A DNA stretch of 64,000 bases from Fistulifera solaris. Lineage: Eukaryota. The notes under the pieces are model-generated. The model had not been told where the DNA came from. It searched no databases and was given only the letters and a program-made list of their open reading frames with translations. The stretch is from assembly GCA_030295235.1 (NCBI GenBank), contig AP026133.1, positions 124,001 through 188,000 on the forward strand, written 5' to 3'. This document shows, piece by piece, positions 37,056 to 49,679 of the stretch (position 1 is its first letter; each line of letters begins with the position of its first letter). The translations under genes were made by a program, and so were the position numbers.

Positions 37056-37992
37056 ATGATTGCAGTCGAGGATGTATTGAAGAGTGAAAGCCAGGAGCTC
37101 ATCGTGCGATTCTTCAAGGATCGTCGCGTAGAAGACGTTCGCGTATGTGGTTACAGCCATCTCCTTTTATTTGCGGCTCGAGAAGGGTTATACCAACTCG
37201 CCTTTGTTTTGGTCAACAATGGAGCCGATGTCGATGTCTGCGACATGGCCGGCAGCACGCCTCTCTGTCATGCCGTCTTTCGCAAGAACAAGGCCCTTGC
37301 CGAATTGCTTCTCCGTCACGGAGCCGATGTCGATTATGCCAACTGGAAAGGCAAATCGCCCTTATACTTGGCAACTCTCAACAATGATCCCGAAATGGTC
37401 GAATTACTTTTGCGCTACAACGCTAACATCAATCGAACCGTGAGTTGGTGGTTGGGAAAATGCCAAGTCAATGATGTGGAGGGTCCATTGATCTTTTTCG
37501 CACTCGATAGTCGACGGAGCAAGGCAGCCCGAGCAATGCTACAAAAGTCCTACACTGGATGTCACAACTCGGGACTCTTTGGATCGCACGCTATTAATGC
37601 GAGCCATGGGGTCAGCGATTCCTCTGGATGTGTTTGAATTGATATTACGTAACCCAAAGACCGATGTGGAAGCACTGGACATGGACAACGAGTTTCCCTT
37701 GCAGACTGCAGTGTATCGCAATCAAGTTGACCGTGTGCGATTACTTCTCGATCGAGGAGCGAATCCGTTTCGGAGCCTAGGAGGAATTTCGGTGTTTGAA
37801 TTCACCTGTCAGCAATCCAATTTGTCGCTGGTGTACGAAATGGTACGATCGAGGCCGCAGCAATGGGTATTAGACGAGACACACAAGGTAGAATCATCGA
37901 AGCTGCGTACGACGTGCTTTCACCCAATAACAGTCGTCAGTGTTGCTCTCGTCGGTGCGGGCTTGACAATTGTGCAACGATTTCGGGAGTGA
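37056..37992 (+). CDS. Ankyrin-repeat protein with C-terminal hydrophobic anchor (extra A at 37543-37546)
   Basis: GSTPLCHAV, GKSPLYLAT, FPLQTAV...LLLDRGANP. Confidence 0.82.
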
Positions 37993-38991
37993 ACTTGGAG
38001 GGTGCCTTTGCCCACAGATGTCAGGGTAATGGCTTGCGGTACCGGTTCGCGTATGCCCCGGTATGCTCGTGAGACTGGTTTCAAAGAAACGAACTTATCA
38101 TGAACTCCACCTCAACACCCAAACAGGTGCACCCTGTGGTACCAGTCTCCCGCATTTTACGATTGAAACATTTAATGATTCTTGTCGTTTTTCTTTCTCT
38201 TGAAGAATGGTTAATGAGCGCGAAGCCGAGCCCGCTAGTAGCTTACTGTCATTTATTTCTTCCATCCATTGCAAGCTTGAGCAAGTGGTTAGTTGGGATG
38301 GTTGGGCAGGAGTATCGCCCAATGTAGGATTTGTCTTGAACCATTTAGACGTTAGGAGTTTGATAAGTGCCGTCACGGCGTTGCAATCTTGTGAAGTAGA
38401 GACTGCTGATTAAAGCGCATGTCAACTCATCTAGAACCGTATGTCAACTCGTACAATGCGCAAAAATGGATGATAAGAATAGAACATGTTTTCCTTCGTA
38501 GCCTTGTCAGAGCGACAATCCGAAACGGACACGGGATATTAAGTCTCCTCATGCTGCGAAACGAAATGCAAGAAAAGAAAGAATCCGCTTTCGCCTGAAT
38601 TTAGCTTGAGAGTTGCTTTAAGGGATAATTTAGAGTACTAAGATAAAAGAAGAGAGGTAACGACCCTTAACAGGCGTCGTTTCGTAGTTTCGCTGCACGA
38701 ACTATTTGCACTGTTGAGCTGGCTCTGGTGAAGCGTTCACACGGTTTACGGGTGGCTGGCTTCATGCGTAACACCCTAGAAGAGCGACAAAACACAATCG
38801 TTTCGATTGAGAAGCTTTAATTCAACTGCTACGAAAGCCCAATTCAGACAATCCGTGAGACTACTCCCCTTGGCGAAATTCATAGCCCACAATTCTGATA
38901 TGCTCGACGACTATGGTGACCGCATTTTGGTATATTGCCGAATCGCATACTATGATACTCCAATCATGCTTCGCTTCAGATGCACTGTTTA

Positions 38992-39771
38992 TCACAGTCC
39001 CATTTGCCACGAAATGTCCGTTCCAATTTGTGAAATCGACAAGACCGTCCCTCGTGGTAAAATCCCTTCACATGCAACTCGTACTTGCTCCACCAGCGAG
39101 CCTGAGTTGGATGACGAACGCCACTGAAGAAGAATGTCGGCACTGTGCTTCCCAATCGCCGCCAGTTGTTGATGAGGATCCGGTAATTTAATGACACCCG
39201 ACGGCTCTAACGAACAGAGCTGCTTGTGTTCAATGATAATACTTTGCACACCCAGCGGACGCCCCCATCGCTCCAACTCGAGCCCTCGCGTATGTTGCCA
39301 TTGATTGATTTCGTCGGGAATACCCCAGAACACTGCACGATACAAGGAAGACAAGCGCTGCGCCCATCCGGCGCCCGAGGATCCGTACCGCACTTGCATC
39401 TGCTGGTGCAGTTCCCTCAATTTGTCAATCAACCACCGCGCATCGGCTTGAACGCCACTGCACAACAAGAATGTATTCGGGGTAATGGTATGGACTATTG
39501 CCAGAGGACGTTGACGTCGATGCGGTGATGTGGTGGTCACGGAAATGATGTGAATGGTTTCGTTCGTGTGTTTCACTGCCAATATCAAAGTTCCGTGTTG
39601 CAAAGCCGCTTGATTCGCGTGCTGTAACTGTTTCGACTGCCCATTTTCGTCAAGTGCACGAATCGATTCGTACCGGGATGGCGCCGTCGTAGTACTCGAT
39701 GATGCCGATGCTGAGGCGAAGAGGAGCAGAAGGCATTGCAGAAGAAAGAAATAGGCGTGTGATATTTTCAT
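38992..39771 (-). CDS. Divergent 20S proteasome alpha-type subunit with N-terminal signal peptide
   Basis: Signal MKISHAYFFLLQCLLLLFASASA; RY...LDENG..KQLQHA..A...G, SGVQADAR.L, RPLGV, EPSG and AAIG. Confidence 0.7.
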   Translation of the reverse strand: MKISHAYFFLLQCLLLLFASASASSSTTTAPSRYESIRALDENGQSKQLQHANQAALQHGTLILAVKHTNETIHIISVTTTSPHRRQRPLAIVHTITPNTFLLCSGVQADARWLIDKLRELHQQMQVRYGSSGAGWAQRLSSLYRAVFWGIPDEINQWQHTRGLELERWGRPLGVQSIIIEHKQLCSLEPSGVIKLPDPHQQLAAIGKHSADILLQWRSSSNSGSLVEQVRVACEGILPRGTVLSISQIGTDISWQMGL

Positions 39772-40099
39772 GGTCTTTTCTCGGTGTATACTTTCGTCGC
39801 TGAACGATTTTCTCGATATTCTAATCAATCAAAGAAACAAATCAATTTCAAATTTTATCTTTGCTTTATTGATGGTGTTATAATAATGAATTTGTTGTGA
39901 TTATTCCATGTGAGAATCGTTTTACTGCGATGATGCAATACAACAAGACGGCAGCAGGCTGGTTGCGCTGCGTCAATACGTTTCATTTTTTATAGTAGGC
40001 ACAATCCATAGCGGTACCTAAATAAAATTTTACCGAACGTGTCAGACGTTTCGTATCAGGCCTGCGTTATTTTTATTACGGAGTATTATTTCTTGTTGC

Positions 40100-40790
40100 A
40101 AGGGGCAGTTTTGCTTCTTCACACTGAGTGCCGAACCGTCTATTGCTTTAGCCAAAAGACCGCATACCCTACGAGATGGGATTTTGTCGGTGTGTTTGAT
40201 GACCAGGGCGATGAAATTTGTGGATACGCTGAAGAGCCATCGATCTTTGTTCGATTCGTTGGATATCAAGGACAATGATTTGCTGAGTGACAACAACTTA
40301 TAGCGCCTTCTGCAAACTGACGTGCTGAATCGTTTGCGCTTAGCAAGCTTGGTGAACGAACTTGTTTTTCTTCCTTTGTCGGCACGAGTGGTTTCTCTTC
40401 AGTATGGGATATCTACAGTGTCCCAGAAAGAAGTCGATTTTCAGTATGTATTGACTGCAGTAAATAAGCGATCACTGCTTATTAACCATGACAAGCAACA
40501 CTTTCCGACGGAAGCCGTGATATCCTTTCTGCAGCGTGTGGCTGCTTTGGGTCATTTTGTTACGCTGCAATTCATAGTCATTTTTCCAGGTCCTTCCAAT
40601 CTGTATTGCACACAAACTGATACACGCTACCCGCTCAAATCCGAACTTGGAGGCCCTTCCTTGATTTGTCTTACGGTGGTTGGGACTGGGAACTACACTT
40701 CGACACACTTTTCGAGGGTATTAAAGATCACAAAAAACTACGCTGTTAGAAGTATATGCTTCCGAATCAGCGACTTCGTTCGGACCTAAT
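40100..40790 (+). pseudogene. Degenerate fragment of a diatom expanded-family gene
   Basis: Protein-like stretches (FDDQGDE...FVRF; LSDNNL*RLLQTDVLNRL..LVFLPLSARV; ISFLQRVAALGHF) interrupted by stops, with no start codon. Confidence 0.35.
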
Positions 40791-41464
40791 TTTCGTCATC
40801 TTCGTAAATTGCTATCTGACAACAGACAAATCACTGTTTGTGATGAGAACGAAAAACCCTTCTCAGATGGTTCGTCGCTTTTAGAGCGGTTCGGCGGGTC
40901 TTTTAATTGACTCTTTACCCGAACGACAATGGTTGGTAGTGACCGTTTTGATGGAGAGCGCCGCCGACAATTTTCCACGCTCTGCATTTTTTTTATCCGA
41001 TCACATGGATGTGTTGTTCGATCTACTGCAGTTTGCGCAGTGGGACTATCTGTTCGGAGACAATTTTCGTTTGTAGCGCGATTCTTTCGAAAGTGAGAGC
41101 AAACGCACGTACTGCATTTTTATTCAAGTGAAAGATATGAAGATCTTGGTGTCTATGCGCCTTGGAGGTAGCTTGCTAACTAATGCAGAGGACTGAGATA
41201 CCTTCAGTTTTTCAGATTATCCGATACCCTAAACGACAAACATGGCTCGACGTAGCGGTATACGCTGTCCTATCTATGATTATTGAAGGACATTTCATGC
41301 TATTTCAATGATGATTTCCATGGTAAGACATTAACACGACATGGTTTTCGGTGCAAGCTTCATTTTGTTGCTTTCGTAAATACAAAGTATTGAATTATTG
41401 CAGTCTGTTGCTTCGTATTGACTTGTCTTATTTCGTGCACTACCAATCAAGCAAGCAAGCCGCA

Positions 41465-42411
41465 ATGTTTTCTCGCACTCAAACCCGTATTCTCAACAAT
41501 ATAAGCCGCACGAGAATGCTCTCAACATCCGCAACACGTCATCCTCTCGTCGTTCCTATCGAACTCGTCAGTGACACCATGTGACCCAACGGTATGTATC
41601 GTGAAAGCTCTCAATTTTCTCCTGTTGTCTTACGCTCACTTTCTCTTCTGTTGCTTCAGGCTACATTGGCAAGAAACACTTGCAAACGGCCATTCAAACC
41701 GTCTTGGACGCACCTCTCCATCCGGACCGTCCTTTGGCGTTTGCGGTCCTCCGCGTCCCCTTTTTCCTCGAACCGCAATACGATGAAACGAAGCCCTTTA
41801 TTGAGACCAATCGCGAACGCCTCTTAACAAAATGGGGAGCTCAGTGGCCCCGACAAAAGCAAACCCACAATCTTAAAGGCCGCGGCATCGAAGCCGGGAT
41901 TCCGCATTTCAATTTGGATCGCTTGGCCTCGAATACCATGTCTTCGCATCGTTTGATTCAATATTTGGGAAAGACGTACGGATTAGATGTTTCCGAAGCG
42001 ATTTATGATGTTTTGAATGTGTATTACTTCGTCGATGGACATTCGTTGAACGATCATCCGCGTGTGGCGCAAGTCGTTGCCGACGCCTTGTCGGATTTAT
42101 TTGCAAAACGCGCCATGTCAGCTCCTACGACACAAAACTTGCTGGATTTCTTGTCGAGTCAACAGGGCCGCAAGGAAATCCAAGCGGCGACGGCAGCCTT
42201 GCAGCAACTGGGAATTCATAGTATTCCCAAATTTATCATTGAAGGGCAAACCGTTGTGGATGGTGCCGCTCTGCCAGATGTCTTTGTACAAGTGTTTCGA
42301 GAAATTGAGGAGCGAGGAACGGTCGTGGGGGGTCCCTTGTTTCGAAAGATATTAGGTGTCTCGACCGAGACCATTGCCCGGGCCAGTCATCATCGTCATT
42401 GTGATGTTTAG
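41465..42411 (+). CDS. DsbA/FrnE-like thioredoxin-fold protein, probable selenoprotein (in-frame TGA 41582-41584; intron 41592-41659)
   Basis: Spliced product ...IELVSDTM-U-PNG-YIGKKHLQTAI...RVPFFLEP...SNTMSSHRL...YFVDG...GIHSIPKFII...VDGA matches the FrnE pattern SDxxCPWCxIGK ... GV.GVP.F. The N-terminus is Arg/Ser/Thr-rich with no acidic residues. Confidence 0.85.
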
Positions 42412-43110
42412 TCCAGTTCGAGAAGGAGTACGAGCGACAAATGCTATCGCTTTTTTAAAAAGAATTTACGGATGACGAAGGACAGCGATGAGATCTATTC
42501 GACCGTGATGAAGATTCTTCCTGAGAATGATGAAGCTCAGCTACGTCCTGTGTAAAGGAGCTCTGATAGTCAGGCAATCCAAATTTGCTGTCGGATCAAA
42601 GATTCGTCCACACCAGCTAAATATAGAAAGACAAGGAGCAATAACTTTGTTAAGCTGAATGCGTCTCTCTAGTCTAACTTCTAGTACCTATGGTATTATT
42701 TGGTCTTGACAAGTTTTTACGCCGAGCACGAATCATTTAGTCCCGGTCAGAATTTGGCCATTTACTCTTTGGTTATACTCGTAAACAGAACGGAAGTCGT
42801 CTGTGCGTACGTACCTCGCGTACGAAAACATAGAGGAGGAGAAAATTCGGGCGCGTCAACGAGATTCCACTGCAACGAATATTCATCGGAACAGTGAATC
42901 ATCAACATCCTTTCAACAATAATTCAATCATTTATTAATAGGAAAATTCATTACACATAGAAGAAGCGTGTGTCGTGTGAAACATTGATTTGAGAACGAT
43001 TTGCTGCTTTATAAAAAAGCAAACAAGGAAAAGCTCTTCAAACACGACGTTCAAAACCGTCTCAGACGCACACTTAGTCGCACTTTCACAAGAATCATCA
43101 TTCCGCAAAC

Positions 43111-46100
43111 ATGCCTTCCCGCAAACGTTCACCCTCCTTCGCCGAAGAATCGAAAGAAGCAGAAACTCCGGCACAACGACTACTAGCAGCTCTTTTGTGG
43201 CAGCATTTCCAACGCACGGGTAAGTGATGCCCTCCGTCGTATTTTTTTAAAAATACAAAACGAAATCTTATGGATGCTATTTTCAAGGTCAATCGGCATT
43301 GCATACGGCAATTGCGAAAGGAGACTTGGCCTTGGCGGCGACTTTGCTGGAACGATGTCAAACTTGGAAAAAGGAGATACTTATCACACCCGATTCGGAG
43401 TCGTTGTACACACCCTTGCAGGAAGCCATTTACCAACGACAATTGAACTTCATTTTGCTGCTCTTACGGACACCCACGAAAATACGACGACCCATGGCAT
43501 TGTTGCAAAATGATGAAACGAATGATATGGGATATATGACGATGGCGGTGGATGCCGAAGGGCACAGGCCCGCTTCTCTTCTCAAACAACTGCAACGCAC
43601 CGAATTGCGGGCGTGCCGTCGACAACTACTCTATGAACCGCGGATTGTAGGATCGACTGTATTGGGAGGGCGACGATTCCGGAGTTCCAGTTTCGATTCG
43701 TTACAAGCGGAACAAGATGAATTGCATGACCTGGGACAACATTTAGACGCTTTGCACACGCATGACGACGAAAAGGAGGGGCTTGTTGCAAGATACGGTT
43801 GTGAAGTGTTGACATTCGGGAGAGCTCATCACTGTGCGCTAGGTACGGATTCGTCAGTCGATGGTCGTCCCCAGCGCGTGCAGTATTTTGCACAAGATTG
43901 TGTCGAGCATCACGGAGGAGCGGTGGGTGTCAGTGGTGCTCCTCATCACACGGTGGTTGTTACGGCGTCGGGGCATTTGTATGCCTTTGGCTTGGGTAAA
44001 GGAGGACGTTTGGGAACCGGAGATGAAGCACCGTGTTCCGTTCCCACGCGTGTCATGGGGGCCTTGTCGCAACGACACGTTATAGCCGCCGCGGCGGCCG
44101 ACAATCATACAGTGGCGGTGTGCCGGGATGGGAGTGTCTTTGCTTGGGGCTCGAACCGATTCGGACAAATTGGTTACGTCGGCGATAGCAGTCCGCGGTG
44201 TTCCCCACGGCGTGTGGATGATTTGAAAGGAATCGTGTGTGTAAGTGTAGCGGCAGGTGAGAAGCATTCGGTAGCGCTGTCACAGCGTGGGGAAGTCTAT
44301 GTATGGGGTGATAATACCAACGGTCAATTGGGGATCAGCCGCCGGAACGGCACGCATCGTGTGCAACGCGTTGACGCTTTATGGAATTCCAAAAGATTGC
44401 AATTTCAATTGCGGCGTCGTCTCATGCTACACTAGTTTTGACGAAACCAACCGGAACGAATCTTCCTGTCAATACAGTGTTTTCGTGGGGTCACGGCAGT
44501 CACGTCCCTAGCAAGGTGCATTTCGAACAGTGCAACGAGAGTCGCGCCAAAATAGTACAGCCTGTCGCTATTGCCTGCGCGCGCTATCACAATGTTGTGA
44601 TCACGGCGGATGGTCTTGTTTATACATGGGGACTACACGCCGACCCCTTGGGCAAGCGGTCAAATTCACACACAATACAGCCTAGTCTCGTCACTGGAAT
44701 GTTACCACGGAACGGTGGAGGGGTGGCGGTAGCCGTGTCCGCGTCCGAGAATCATACGGCCATTGTTACCGATACGGGTGATCTATTTACATGGGGTGCA
44801 ACGTATGGCAAGAATATTCTTGGTCATGAAGGTGTCAACTGGCAACCCGATCCGAAGCGCGTGCCCGGCGTCTGTCGAGCGGTTGCGGTAGCGGCTGCCA
44901 AAGAGCACACAATCCTGCTTATGGGGGCATCCTTCCCAACGATCAAGTCGGTGCCGACTCTTGGCTCTCTCGGAAGTTTAGCCGCAAAGCGACTTGCGGA
45001 GCACGTTGATTTGTTCAATGTTCTACCAGTTCTGATTGTTGCTGGTCGGATTCAGGATGACTATCTCCGCGAGTATTGCTTGAAATTCATTCATCAAAAT
45101 CTTGATGGAGTCCTCAATGTTTGCCAAAAGCGGGTTGCAGATCAGTATCTTACGGAAGAATTACAATGCGCTGCCATTGAACTTTGTGACGATGGATCTT
45201 TTCATCCCTTGCTGCTTTCGGCACTGAGTGGCTTTTACGTAAAGGGAACGCGCTCTGTACGGCGCGATTCGTTTTCAGCAACAGACGAGTGGGTTGTTTT
45301 TTCTGAGAAAATGCTGAACACTGATCCATATGCGGCCCGAATTGTTGCGAAATACGAAGTCACGAAACAAACGAAAGCTATCAGACCAAGAGAAGAATTA
45401 CAAAAAGTAAAGGAGGAATGTTCTTCGGCTTCAGAGAGGTGCCTTGAGCTCGTCAGCAATATGGACCTTTCCACTAAATGGCAGGCGGAAGTTACCATGA
45501 ACTCTTTATCACGAGAAGCGCGACTAATAAAAAAGCGTCTCGGTCAGATAGCCAAACTAGAGATGAAAATTGATAGTTCCCTGACGGAGGAAGAGCGAGA
45601 GAAGGTATCACGAAAGTTGCAGCTGAAGTCGGACCTCCTAGCTGTGGAACCTGCTATGGAAACCGTTCGTATCACTCTTGAACGAATGATAATCGAGCAG
45701 CAACGAGAGGATAAAGTGAAGGTAGAGAAACAGTGCGAAGAAGTTGCTGAAACGATTCAATCAGAGGCTCCGATGAAAACGGCGAGCAGCTATAGATGCG
45801 AAGTATGCCAGATCAACTGCTCGGATGTAGTTAATTATGAACTGCATTTGAACGGTCGAAAGCATCGAAACAAAATAGCACAGAAGGCGGAGGATGAACA
45901 AAGAGAAACCGCGGAAGCTGTCATGAAACAGAGTTTGATCCAGAAAATACGAGATCCGACGACTAAAGAGCCTATTATTGAGCCCCCCTCGACGAGGATC
46001 TCCAGATTCATGGAACTCGAAGAAACCAAACTCTTTGCCGAAGTTCAATTTACCTCCTCCGCCGCACGCTGTACCAAACACGATTACTCCATTGAACTCT

Positions 46101-46713
46101 CAGCTCCGTCCAGTGCGACTTCTCCGCCTAAATCGTCTCCATCACTTCGCGATATTATGGCGGAGGAGCAAAAATTGCTGCCAAGAAGGCACTAACTGCT
46201 GCAAGAATGAAAACGCCCGAGAAATTGCCCGATTTCCAGCCGCCGTGGGCCTCAGCTCATGTCGTTCAAGTTCAGCCACCCCGAATGATTGTTGCTGCTT
46301 CGACCTCCAGTCCTTATTCTCTAGGTGACTTCATGACACCCGCTAAGCCAACGCAAACAACTAAGCCTGCAACTTGGGTTTCTCCTAATCCGATGTCAGC
46401 GAAGTCGGATGCTTGCGTCAGTTTTCGAGACATACAGCAGCAAGAAGAGGCATTGAAAGCAAATGCTGTTCAAACGGTTGGGTCAGCAGGGAAATGGTTT
46501 GTGCAACACCGTGATCGAGCTGGATCCTTTCGTGAGATTGAAGAAGCCGAAGCGAGGGAAAAGGAACACCGGCAACTCGTCGAAGAGCAACTCGAAATAG
46601 AACGGCAAATTAAAGAAGAGCAACTGCGACTGCAAAAGAAGAAGCAAGTCGACGGTAGGAGACGAGGAAAAGGAGCGTCGAAATCGAAGAAAGGCAATCA
46701 GAAGCAGAAATGA
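43111..46713 (+). CDS. IBTK-like protein: ankyrin + RCC1 repeats + helical region + U1/matrin-type Zn finger (intron 43220-43287; frameshifts ~44391, ~45985, ~46100 and ~46170)
   Basis: Spliced TGQSALHTAI; RCC1 repeats (FGLGKGGRLGTG, WGSNRFGQIG, WGDNTNGQLG); CEVC...HLNGRKHR; SLRDIMAEEQ and SFRDIQQQE motifs. Confidence 0.85.
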
Positions 46714-47100
46714 ATATTGAATACTGTGCTTTATGTAATTTTGTACCTTAGAAAGGATGGGCATAAAGCCATTGTGTAGAAAGACGCCAACATTTCACTT
46801 TTGTTTGTGTTTTCTCGACAAAGAGTCGCTCTTGACGACTTCTCATTCGCTTTCTTGCCGTCGTACTTGTTCATGGAAATCTCATCTATAATTATCAGTT
46901 GCTTTTCGGCACCCAGATTTCCTTTCACTAGCTGTATCATGTCCTTAGGACTGACAACGAGGTAGTTACTTCTCCGGAAAAGTCAGCAAATAACTCTCGC
47001 TCAGTACACCAAAACTGGTGCCACATGACCTCAGCCCATCCTCCTGTAAACGGAACACTTGAAACGGACAACTGATCGCACACTTGTACCCCATGACTCT

Positions 47101-48224
47101 CTAGAGAGCCCACAGTGTTCCTCGGTATTCACGACATATCCCAATCGTAGACTTGCGAGCTACCATATCGTTCTCTGAGCATCTCAACTGCGCCTGGTAT
47201 GTAATGATAGCAATTGAACAATCTATTAAAATCCTCCATGCTTCGGTGGCGTCACCCAGGGCGGAGCGCGGGGGCGGAGGCTGCTTCATAAGGGGCGACG
47301 GATTGATCAGAGACGGTAGCACGGAAGGATTCAAGTGATCGATAACGTCCAAAAACTGACGAATATGTTCTTGTTGACATTCGAAATCAATATTTTGACG
47401 AAAGAGTATTTCTATATTTAACGGTTCAACTTGTTGAATACGCTGGCCAGCTTTTCCTGTCAGCGCGAGCTCCGCCGACCGCACGGCAGCGTCATGAATC
47501 GCAACAATTTTTAGTTTAATAGTGAGAAAAGATACAACGAGTGGCAATAAAATGACATTGGGGTTGACGTTTGCACAATATGGAAGCGGATCCGAGTATC
47601 TGCAATCCGTTTCAAACGGATAGACCCATCCACCCTCATAACTGTAGTCGTGCGTACTGTAAACGGTCTCCGGATCCGTATCGCAACGTTCATCCATCTG
47701 CAACCAGTACTGGCTGAACGCAAAAGCATCATCATCACGGTTGAGAGCAATCAAAAGAAACACTACTCGGTATCGTGCACCCCTGTGATTGGTAGCCCCC
47801 ATTCGGAAAAGCTCGGAGAAATGATAAAGTACCTTTTTCCCATGCTTCTTTGGCATAACAGGTATAGGTGGCCGAATAATACGCTTCCGCCAACTCTTTC
47901 GTCAATACCATAAAATCTTGTGTGGTTTCCACGTCCCAAAAGTACCCCATTGCACTTTTAAACGTCGTTACGACCAGGACTTGTTCCTCTCGTTGTACCC
48001 TTTTCAGTTTGTCAGCAATATCCCTACAGTCAACATAATGCTCTCGATAATGCTCGTTTCACATTACAATACCAAGCAACTTGACGTGAGCATCGCAAAA
48101 GTTTAGGGGGTCGTTTGCTGCAATTCATACAAATGGGCTCGTCCAGAAATTTCGTATTCTTGCCTTCGTACATGGGGTCCTTATCGGTCTATTGTCTGAT
48201 GGCAATTCGACGAGACATAGCCAT
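47101..48224 (-). pseudogene. Degenerate MYND-finger protein gene
   Basis: CMNC...LLRCSR-QVAWYCN (one Cys lost), in-frame stops and frameshifts, then ...RYRVVFLLIALNRDDDAFAFSQYW. Confidence 0.55.
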
Positions 48225-48662
48225 GCTTCTTTCTTCCTTTTGTAGAGAAATTACTAGTTATTTTCTTTTGTCCTTTCGAGTTTTTGCTACAAGTTGTTGT
48301 CGCCATCGTCGTCGTTCTGCTGCAGACATCTTTGGCAAAAAAAAGCCGAAAGCAAAACGTTTCGTCGTTTCCAGCAGCAGTACCCGGTACCCCTAAGCAC
48401 AAAACATAAAACTCTCCGTTGGGAATAATTATCTCAACTACTGCGACTTACGTCACATAGGTGCAAATACAGTACCGGTACAAGTCACAAGCCTCTCATA
48501 AACGCACACCTCATAGAAGTACACTAACAAACTCACAAAACTCAAAAACTCACATCCGACGAGGAAACACGGACTCTCACAACATCGTCAGCGACCCTCC
48601 CAACTTTTGCGAAACATCTTCACTTGGGTAAAAAACTTCAGTAGCGGAAACCATTTTCTTCA

Positions 48663-49679
48663 ATGATGAGAAATCACTGGCTTCTTTTCTTGATTCTTCG
48701 GCATGTTCCGTTTGTATCGGGCTTTTCGCCTGTCGGAACAACAGTCTGCACGCCCTGCGACGTCAAAACTTGCTCGAGCAGACTTTACGCGTACGAAACG
48801 GAAATCGGATGTGCGACGATTGCCTTTGCCTCGTCACACATTGCCATGTCAGCTATCCGCAACGATTTGATCGATCGTATCGGGGACGCGGCCTACCAAC
48901 TCAATTGGGTAGAGACTGGATTGAAATTACCCGACATATGGCCCGGTGATGAAGCCGGACAAGAAATCTTTCCAACCAAAAAGATTGCGGGTCGTCAACT
49001 GTACCGAATTATGTACACAATCGTATCCTTCTCGACATTGGGAACAGGGTTTGCTTATTACTTGAATGCTCTGGCGGAAGATCCGCTAACGACGCTTCCG
49101 AATTACGAAGATGTTGCAATACATTATGCGATTGCTTCACTGGCGTCGGGGATTTCTCTCGCGTCTCTTATTAACCCATCTCCTCTATCGTTGGTCCCCG
49201 TTTACGAACCATACAACAACGCGAAAGTCGACCGTCATTCAGCACCCATTCGCCGCAATGACTCTAGGAAGTTGCAAGCATACGGTCTCACACGAATTAC
49301 ACGTCATCCTCTGATCCTCCCCGTCGTCCCGTGGGGTTTCACCACGGCCATCATAATGGGAGGACACGTTCGAGATTTTTTGCTGTTTGGTATCTTGTCT
49401 CTTTACGCGCTTGCGGGTTGTGCCGCCCAAGACTTGCGTGTCATTCGCCAAGAAGGTTCCGTGGGAACCGTCTTTAATCCCGAGCAATCTTTCTTGCAAG
49501 ACTTTTTTCAACAAACGTCCTTTATCCCCTTTCAAGCTGTTCTAGAGTCGCGCCAGTCGATGGATGACATTGTGAAGGAAGTACCGTGGTGGGCACTGGT
49601 AGTTGGAACCGTCGTTGGCTATCAAATTCAGCAAGCTTTTGTATCCTTTTTGGTGGAAAATGTGGGTAGGGCGTTGTAG
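48663..49679 (+). CDS. NnrU/Z-ISO-family membrane protein, probably plastid-targeted
   Basis: Signal + VSG-FSP; FASSHIAMSAIR, GRQLYRIMYTIVS, GLTRITRHP, QDLR and QTSFIPFQAVLESRQ. Confidence 0.8.
   Translation: MMRNHWLLFLILRHVPFVSGFSPVGTTVCTPCDVKTCSSRLYAYETEIGCATIAFASSHIAMSAIRNDLIDRIGDAAYQLNWVETGLKLPDIWPGDEAGQEIFPTKKIAGRQLYRIMYTIVSFSTLGTGFAYYLNALAEDPLTTLPNYEDVAIHYAIASLASGISLASLINPSPLSLVPVYEPYNNAKVDRHSAPIRRNDSRKLQAYGLTRITRHPLILPVVPWGFTTAIIMGGHVRDFLLFGILSLYALAGCAAQDLRVIRQEGSVGTVFNPEQSFLQDFFQQTSFIPFQAVLESRQSMDDIVKEVPWWALVVGTVVGYQIQQAFVSFLVENVGRAL

Noticed and set aside
42452..42520. Alternative SECIS candidates around ATGAC (42472)
   Set aside because: Helix II pairing and apical AA spacing do not fit the canonical model by eye.
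26539..43287. Three introns of exactly 68 bp as introner elements
   Set aside because: They show no sequence similarity, and the other introns are 78-92 bp, consistent with a narrow normal size range.
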